From positions 750,001 to 782,000 of the forward strand of contig NZ_CP124549.1 in the NCBI RefSeq assembly GCF_030253515.1: a DNA stretch of 32,000 nt. Direction: 5' to 3'. This document shows positions 27,132-32,000 of this stretch, piece by piece. The translations under genes were made by a program, and so were the position numbers. Origin of the DNA: Candidatus Nanosynbacter lyticus (lineage in GTDB: Bacteria; Patescibacteriota; Saccharimonadia; Saccharimonadales; Saccharimonadaceae). The notes under the pieces are model-generated. The model was not told the DNA's origin, did not search any database, and saw only the letters and a list, made by a program, of their open reading frames with translations. Each line of letters opens with the position of its first letter. The first letter of the stretch is position 1.

Positions 27132-27785
27132 TTACTGTGAATGTATCAGGCCCTTGTAGCTAGTTTTCGTGACAATAATATGATCATTAAGCGTAATGCC
27201 AAGTAGTTTCCCCGCTTCCGCCAGCCTGTTCGTGACATCTTTATCAGCCTGACTCGCCTCCAAGCTCCCGCTCGGATGATTATGCGCCACGATGATGCTG
27301 GCCGCACGGTCGGCAATGGCGTCGGCGAAAACCTCGCGCGGGTGTACCAGGCTGGCGGTCAGCGTACCAATGGTCACTACCCGTTTAGTAATCAAACGAT
27401 TCGCGCCATCCAGCGTCAAGCAGACAAAATATTCCTGCTTTTTGTCGCGAATGTCAGACAGCAACTCAACCGCTTTTTCTGGGCTGTCAATAATTGGCTG
27501 GTCACTATCCAGCAAATACCGCCGCGCCAGCTCCAAACTCGCCAGAATAACTGGGATTTTCGCTTCACCCAATCCAACCACGCTACGTAGATCATCATAC
27601 GAAATATCGCCGCCTTTTTGACGTACGATTTTCAGCACTTCGCGCGCAATTTTACCGACATCGGCCCGAGCATTACCGCTGCCGATAATCGCCATCAACA
27701 GCTCCAAATCACTCAGTCGCGCCGTACCGTAACGCGCCAACTTTTCACGCGGCCGGTCCAGCGGATGACGGTCAGAGATCCTCAT
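27132..27785 (-). CDS. radC: RadC-like JAB/MPN-domain protein with HhH N-terminal region
   Basis: RPREKLARYG, HhH-like GLGEAKIPVILASLELARR, JAMM motif HNHPSG...S..D. GC-rich, unlike its neighbours. Confidence 0.9.
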   Translation of the reverse strand: MRISDRHPLDRPREKLARYGTARLSDLELLMAIIGSGNARADVGKIAREVLKIVRQKGGDISYDDLRSVVGLGEAKIPVILASLELARRYLLDSDQPIIDSPEKAVELLSDIRDKKQEYFVCLTLDGANRLITKRVVTIGTLTASLVHPREVFADAIADRAASIIVAHNHPSGSLEASQADKDVTNRLAEAGKLLGITLNDHIIVTKTSYKGLIHSQ

Positions 27786-27791
27786 ATAGAC

Positions 27792-27797
27792 AGTATA
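27792..27797 (-). promoter_or_regulatory. -10-like box TATACT, 6 nt upstream of the radC ATG
   Basis: The minus strand reads gcTATACTgtctatATG with no SD. Confidence 0.4.
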
Positions 27798-27841
27798 GCA
27801 AGCACCCTAACTAAACTAAAGTTGCCAAGCCGCACGCATAC

Positions 27842-29947
27842 CTACTGTTCAATCGGCTTTGTTAATTCAACATTGATAGAGATTTTATCAACATTAAACA
27901 TCTCCGCTAGTTCGTGCATGAGCCGTATTTTTTGATTCGTATTTGTTGCTACGTCAACCACAAGCCCTGTGTCGTGAATCTTTACGGAATTAAAAAATCT
28001 TTTAGAATCATTACTGATCCAATTTTTCGTCTTTTCGCTGTTCATAATCTGATCAGTAAAATCAGGGTTCTCGTCGTACAGATACTCGCAATAGACGCCA
28101 AGAATTTGCGACCAGCTCGTTACCGGATACGAATCGTCACCGATATAGAATATTTTTACCACTGCTCCTGTAAAATCAATATCGTCGAAGATATTAACTT
28201 TTGTGTCGAGTACCGGCGGTTCAAATGTACTTGTTGGTAACGGCCAAATACTAATTATTCTATCAATCCACCACTGCTGACGTTCCAGTATAGTCTTCTC
28301 ATTCCAGGTACTATATTTAGCAACAGTCCTATTAATCTTAAGCGGACTATCGGCAAACCCATTCGGCATATTACATTTCTCCTGGAAACTCTTATTTGAG
28401 TATTCGGAGTTATAACCGGTTAGCGTTAAATTTGCTAGTCCATGCAAATAGATGCCATGAATCTCATCGGCACGTTCGCCGAGCTCACTCCGCCAAGCTT
28501 TGGTTATAGTCTGCGGCATAATGTGCTCAATCGTTAAATGTAGCTCTTTGTTGTAAATCTGCCTTAGCAACGACACGTCCTTAGACTCATCGTCAACCGC
28601 AGTTAACAGATACATGACATTGGAAGAGCGCTGATTGTAGGTGAAGTTCGCCTTTATTGCCATCTCTATTTCATTATTTCGGGGCAATCGGATCCGCCCG
28701 TTTTTCGAAAGTACGGTGTATTTCAGTACTTCGAGATATGCAGCATTGTCCTGTTCAACAATTGACAATATGCTTCTGTGCAATCCGGCAAAATAGCTGT
28801 CTAAGCCTGTTGCCGATAAGTTAACGACTATACGTCGTGAAAAGTAGACACGTAGCACATCAAATACCTCGGTAATTTCATCATCTGACAAATATCCAGC
28901 TTGCCAATATTTCATGACTGATACGGCATACGGGAAGAACGCTTCAATCCTCAGATAACGCATTGTAAATGCCACCGAACTAAGTTTTGTAAATTCATTA
29001 TTTTCGTCTATGCCAAACTTTAGAAAGCGATAGTATTTTAATATTCTCAAAATCTCGCCGTAAAATTCGTCAAGTGATTCGTATGACTGGTCATTAGAAA
29101 TACTTTTAGCGAATACTCTTTTGAATTCCGGGTATACTTTATCGGTATTCACGACCGATTGGTTCTTGGCAATCAAATAGACGCGGAAGAAGTCGGTAAT
29201 ATCATCACGCTGCGGATCGGTTAGGTATGTTTCAATATACTGCCAATAGTTAGTCAAAACATAATCTTGTTTTTCGGAGGTGCGCAACATTAACGAGAAG
29301 TTTCGGATTTTGTCGCCATCTGTCAACGGTTTGCCGGTTGAATTGATACTCTCAAAGACTTTTTGCGGATTATCATCGTCTTTGTCTAGAATAATCGTGA
29401 CAATCTCGAAGTTATCAAGCGTATCAATATATTGTTCTAAATGATCACGATTTCTAAAGTAGTCGTAGAATTGGAGGTAGGATTTATACAAATTACTTTT
29501 CTTCTCATATTCTGTCAGTTCTGCCTGGCTAAATATTTTCTCAAATATTTTATTGTCGGTGGTCACTGCCCGAAGCTTAATCCGATTTTCCTCCGAATCA
29601 TATTGTTTTGCATATCTGTTATATAAATATTCGTCCTTGATTTGCTCGGCTACCAGTCTAAGCTTTTCAGGTGACTCTAACGCTAAATGGTAAATTGCAG
29701 TGATCATCAGCAAAACTGTCGTTGCACGCTGCTGACCGTCGATAATGATACTTCGGTCGCCGTCGTTGATATACACGATACTGCCGAAATAATGCTTTTT
29801 ATCTCCACGCTTCACCTCTTCAAGGTCGTCTAAAAACATTTGGACATTATCGGCTGTCCAAGAATAAGGGCGTTGAAAATTAGGTATCTCAAAGAATTTG
29901 TTTGGCGTATATAAGAATAATTTAATGTTAGTTTGCAGCGCTTTCAT
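27842..29947 (-). CDS. DUF262 + DUF1524 protein (GmrSD-like type IV restriction / modification-dependent nuclease family)
   Basis: N-terminal FEIPNFQRPYSW and IIDGQQRATT are DUF262 (ParB-like NTPase) motifs. TIEHIMPQ...LHGLANLTLTGYNSEYSNKSF is the DUF1524 His-Me finger. An unassigned C-terminal region of about 170 aa follows. AT-rich. Confidence 0.9.
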   Translation of the reverse strand: MKALQTNIKLFLYTPNKFFEIPNFQRPYSWTADNVQMFLDDLEEVKRGDKKHYFGSIVYINDGDRSIIIDGQQRATTVLLMITAIYHLALESPEKLRLVAEQIKDEYLYNRYAKQYDSEENRIKLRAVTTDNKIFEKIFSQAELTEYEKKSNLYKSYLQFYDYFRNRDHLEQYIDTLDNFEIVTIILDKDDDNPQKVFESINSTGKPLTDGDKIRNFSLMLRTSEKQDYVLTNYWQYIETYLTDPQRDDITDFFRVYLIAKNQSVVNTDKVYPEFKRVFAKSISNDQSYESLDEFYGEILRILKYYRFLKFGIDENNEFTKLSSVAFTMRYLRIEAFFPYAVSVMKYWQAGYLSDDEITEVFDVLRVYFSRRIVVNLSATGLDSYFAGLHRSILSIVEQDNAAYLEVLKYTVLSKNGRIRLPRNNEIEMAIKANFTYNQRSSNVMYLLTAVDDESKDVSLLRQIYNKELHLTIEHIMPQTITKAWRSELGERADEIHGIYLHGLANLTLTGYNSEYSNKSFQEKCNMPNGFADSPLKINRTVAKYSTWNEKTILERQQWWIDRIISIWPLPTSTFEPPVLDTKVNIFDDIDFTGAVVKIFYIGDDSYPVTSWSQILGVYCEYLYDENPDFTDQIMNSEKTKNWISNDSKRFFNSVKIHDTGLVVDVATNTNQKIRLMHELAEMFNVDKISINVELTKPIEQ

Positions 29948-29954
29948 ATATCTA

Positions 29955-29960
29955 ATTATA
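29955..29960 (-). promoter_or_regulatory. -10 box TATAAT, 7 nt upstream of the DUF262 ATG
   Basis: The minus strand reads agTATAATtagatatATG with no SD. Confidence 0.45.
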
Positions 29961-29995
29961 CTACTTCATTGCTGCTTCTTTAGGCGATGTGTTTA

Positions 29996-31996
29996 CTAAA
30001 CTTTCACTGACTGTCGGCCGCGCACCACGCACATCGCCACTACAAACATGCCAACCAGCCGCGATACTAATGAGCTGTCGTCTGCACTTGATTGAGTTGT
30101 TGTCGTGAATTCTTCCTCCGGATTGAGCTGGCTGTCGTCCGGCCATAGGCCAGGAGATGGGCGGCTTTTTACGACCAAAACATTGTCACTCACGGCACTC
30201 ATTTCGCTATTATAACCGTAACTGTCAACCGCCAAATCATTCTGTTCGTCCACTTCAGATTCTACCGCCTCAGACACTTCAGCAGCAGCAAGTTCTGCTT
30301 GCGCTTCAGACAAATCGACGACTGACTCTATGCCACTAGTATCCATAGTTATAGTTTCAACTTCAGCATCCAGACACAACAAATCGCTTTTTTCCGATGC
30401 TTTCATAACTATATTGTCACGCTCCTCGCGAGGCATGATGCGCTCCTCTAAAATTTCCACTACTGGCTCATCCAGCTCAACATCAGGTATTAGCTCAACA
30501 GCTGGCGAGATAGGAATAACTATCTGCTCTACTGGCTCATAATCATTGGTGACTTCAGGAACTGATACCGCCTTAGAATTGTCCAATTGCCCCGCGGAAT
30601 CCATATCAACACTAATCTCGTCGTCCACAGAGGGTTTCAAATCATCGACTTCTTCACGCACCGTAGTTGCCTCCATTGATAGCGCAATCGTCACCATTTC
30701 AGCCGAAGATACGTTCAACTCTACTGATGACGGCGCTTGTTGTTCGACAAAAAACACCATATCCTCCTCAGCCCAAGCTTCGTTGTCCTCGCCATATTCA
30801 ACGATATCTTGAGCTGATAATGACACAATCACCGGCTGATCAGGCTGCTCTTTCGCTGGAATTGATGCGGCCGCATTAACCATCTTTTCAGTAGATGTCT
30901 CGTTTGTTTCGTATTCCGCCGACACATTAACGGCGTCCTCTTGCTCCTGATATGGCGACACATTAGATGCGGTTGGAATTACATGCTTGGGCTGTTCGAC
31001 ATCAACGCCATCGGTCGATTCGACAAAATTATTATAATCCGGCGCCGCATCTATACTAATCTCGCTAGGTTGAGCGTCTGTTGATGCTTTCGTACCAGAA
31101 TTATCAATTGGCCCCGTGGTCGCAGATTCATCCGCCCTTACTGCGTCAAATCGCGCTGCCAGGTGTTGCTGCTCGGAAACTGGCGTAGCACTTTCATCAT
31201 TTTCTGCTGCTCGGCTCGGCTCAAAATTGGCTGATTTTGACCCTGTTATAACAAAAACTTTTTCTTTTTGGCGTTCAATTGATGGTGTTTTTACACTTGA
31301 TGGCGCAGTAGTTTCATCGCCATCATATGTATTTTCCACAACACTATCGACGGGTTTACCTTCGCCAGACAAGAAGTTAGCAGTTTCATTTTTTGGCAAA
31401 GTATTATTCTCGTTAGCGGTTTGAGTATCCTCGCTTGCCCCCGGCGATGACGACACAGTTTTCGTTTGCGTTTGCGTCGGTATGTCTGAAGATTCGAATG
31501 CTGGCTGCTCACTTTCTTTATCTACTGCGTCAGAGATAATAGCAGGAGTTTGCTGTTTTATTTCTATTGACGGACGATTTTCCTCTGTTGGTTCGGTAAA
31601 ATACTCCTCGCCAGATGTATTGACGGACACTTCGCTAACAATTTCTGGCTGGGCTTCTCTAATCTCATCAACATCATCAGCGGCATCTTCCATAACAATT
31701 GCTGATTCCAAAAACAATTGTTCCGCCTCCTTAATATCCGCAGGTTCGTCTGGAGATTCTGTTGTTTCACTAGTCGGGATTTCATCACCTTGATTCGGCG
31801 GCGCAACCTGCTCAATTAGTTTATCCGTCTTATCGTCACTTGTTTCAGTGATATCTGCATTTGTTGAATCCGCCCCGCTATCAGGATTAGCGTAACCCGC
31901 CACGACAATACCGTCATCGTCGTCACTCAGCAAATCTCTTAAATATGATTCGCGTTCTGGCGCTGGCTGCAAATTTTCATTAGCAAAATTGCGCAT
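29996..31996 (-). CDS. very acidic, low-complexity protein with a C-terminal hydrophobic segment (possibly 5'-incomplete at the window edge)
   Basis: 666-aa uninterrupted ORF rich in E, D, S, T, V and A, with few K or R. It ends in LVSRLVGMFVVAMCVV-RGRQSVKV. No signal peptide at the visible N-terminus. The first ATG is 4 nt from the window end. Confidence 0.75.
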   Translation of the reverse strand: MRNFANENLQPAPERESYLRDLLSDDDDGIVVAGYANPDSGADSTNADITETSDDKTDKLIEQVAPPNQGDEIPTSETTESPDEPADIKEAEQLFLESAIVMEDAADDVDEIREAQPEIVSEVSVNTSGEEYFTEPTEENRPSIEIKQQTPAIISDAVDKESEQPAFESSDIPTQTQTKTVSSSPGASEDTQTANENNTLPKNETANFLSGEGKPVDSVVENTYDGDETTAPSSVKTPSIERQKEKVFVITGSKSANFEPSRAAENDESATPVSEQQHLAARFDAVRADESATTGPIDNSGTKASTDAQPSEISIDAAPDYNNFVESTDGVDVEQPKHVIPTASNVSPYQEQEDAVNVSAEYETNETSTEKMVNAAASIPAKEQPDQPVIVSLSAQDIVEYGEDNEAWAEEDMVFFVEQQAPSSVELNVSSAEMVTIALSMEATTVREEVDDLKPSVDDEISVDMDSAGQLDNSKAVSVPEVTNDYEPVEQIVIPISPAVELIPDVELDEPVVEILEERIMPREERDNIVMKASEKSDLLCLDAEVETITMDTSGIESVVDLSEAQAELAAAEVSEAVESEVDEQNDLAVDSYGYNSEMSAVSDNVLVVKSRPSPGLWPDDSQLNPEEEFTTTTQSSADDSSLVSRLVGMFVVAMCVVRGRQSVKV

Positions 31997-32000
31997 ACGT

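Noticed and set aside
17060-29960. Defence island as a discrete mobile element
   Set aside because: I detected no integrase, transposase, tRNA attachment site or flanking direct repeats. The AT-rich genes are interleaved with host-like genes (hsdR, hsdM, radC), which argues for piecemeal insertion rather than one element.
30157-31793. Series of 60-103-aa ORFs on the plus strand, and in alternative minus frames, within the acidic-protein gene
   Set aside because: These are a by-product of the biased, low-complexity codon composition of the 666-aa ORF. None has start signals.

Overview
Gene-dense 32-kb window with about 30 CDS. I found no rRNA, tRNA, CRISPR array, transposase or integrase. Positions 1-17,000 look like core chromosome of a small-genome, monoderm-type bacterium; Saccharibacteria/CPR-like or Firmicutes-like is a low-confidence guess. 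This part holds an amino-acid ABC importer operon ending in a membrane-anchored thioredoxin-like gene, an LtaS/sulfatase-family transferase, galE and an AT-rich nucleotidyltransferase insertion. It also holds an ASCH-domain gene, an N-domain-less clpB behind a perfect CIRCE operator, a PadR-ABC-FtsX efflux-type operon, a three-gene envelope operon (CxxC membrane protein, DsbA-like protein, PdaC-like deacetylase), DUF167 and an XRE regulator. Positions 17,060-29,960 form a defence island, all on the minus strand. Its core is a type I R-M operon interrupted by two AT-rich, translationally coupled extra genes: hsdM, a GHKL-ATPase fused to a PD-(D/E)xK (Shedu-like) nuclease, hsdS, a 533-aa DUF6119/TIGR04141-like protein, and hsdR. 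Next come radC and a GmrSD-like DUF262/DUF1524 gene. A 666-aa extremely acidic protein with a C-terminal hydrophobic segment runs to the window edge. The hsd operon with two embedded putative effectors is my best candidate for an uncharacterised system. Across the window, about ten operon-first genes have a -10-like hexamer 6-8 nt upstream of the ATG and no Shine-Dalgarno (SD) sequence, which suggests pervasive leaderless transcription. All domain calls come from reading motifs in the supplied translations; no database search was run.
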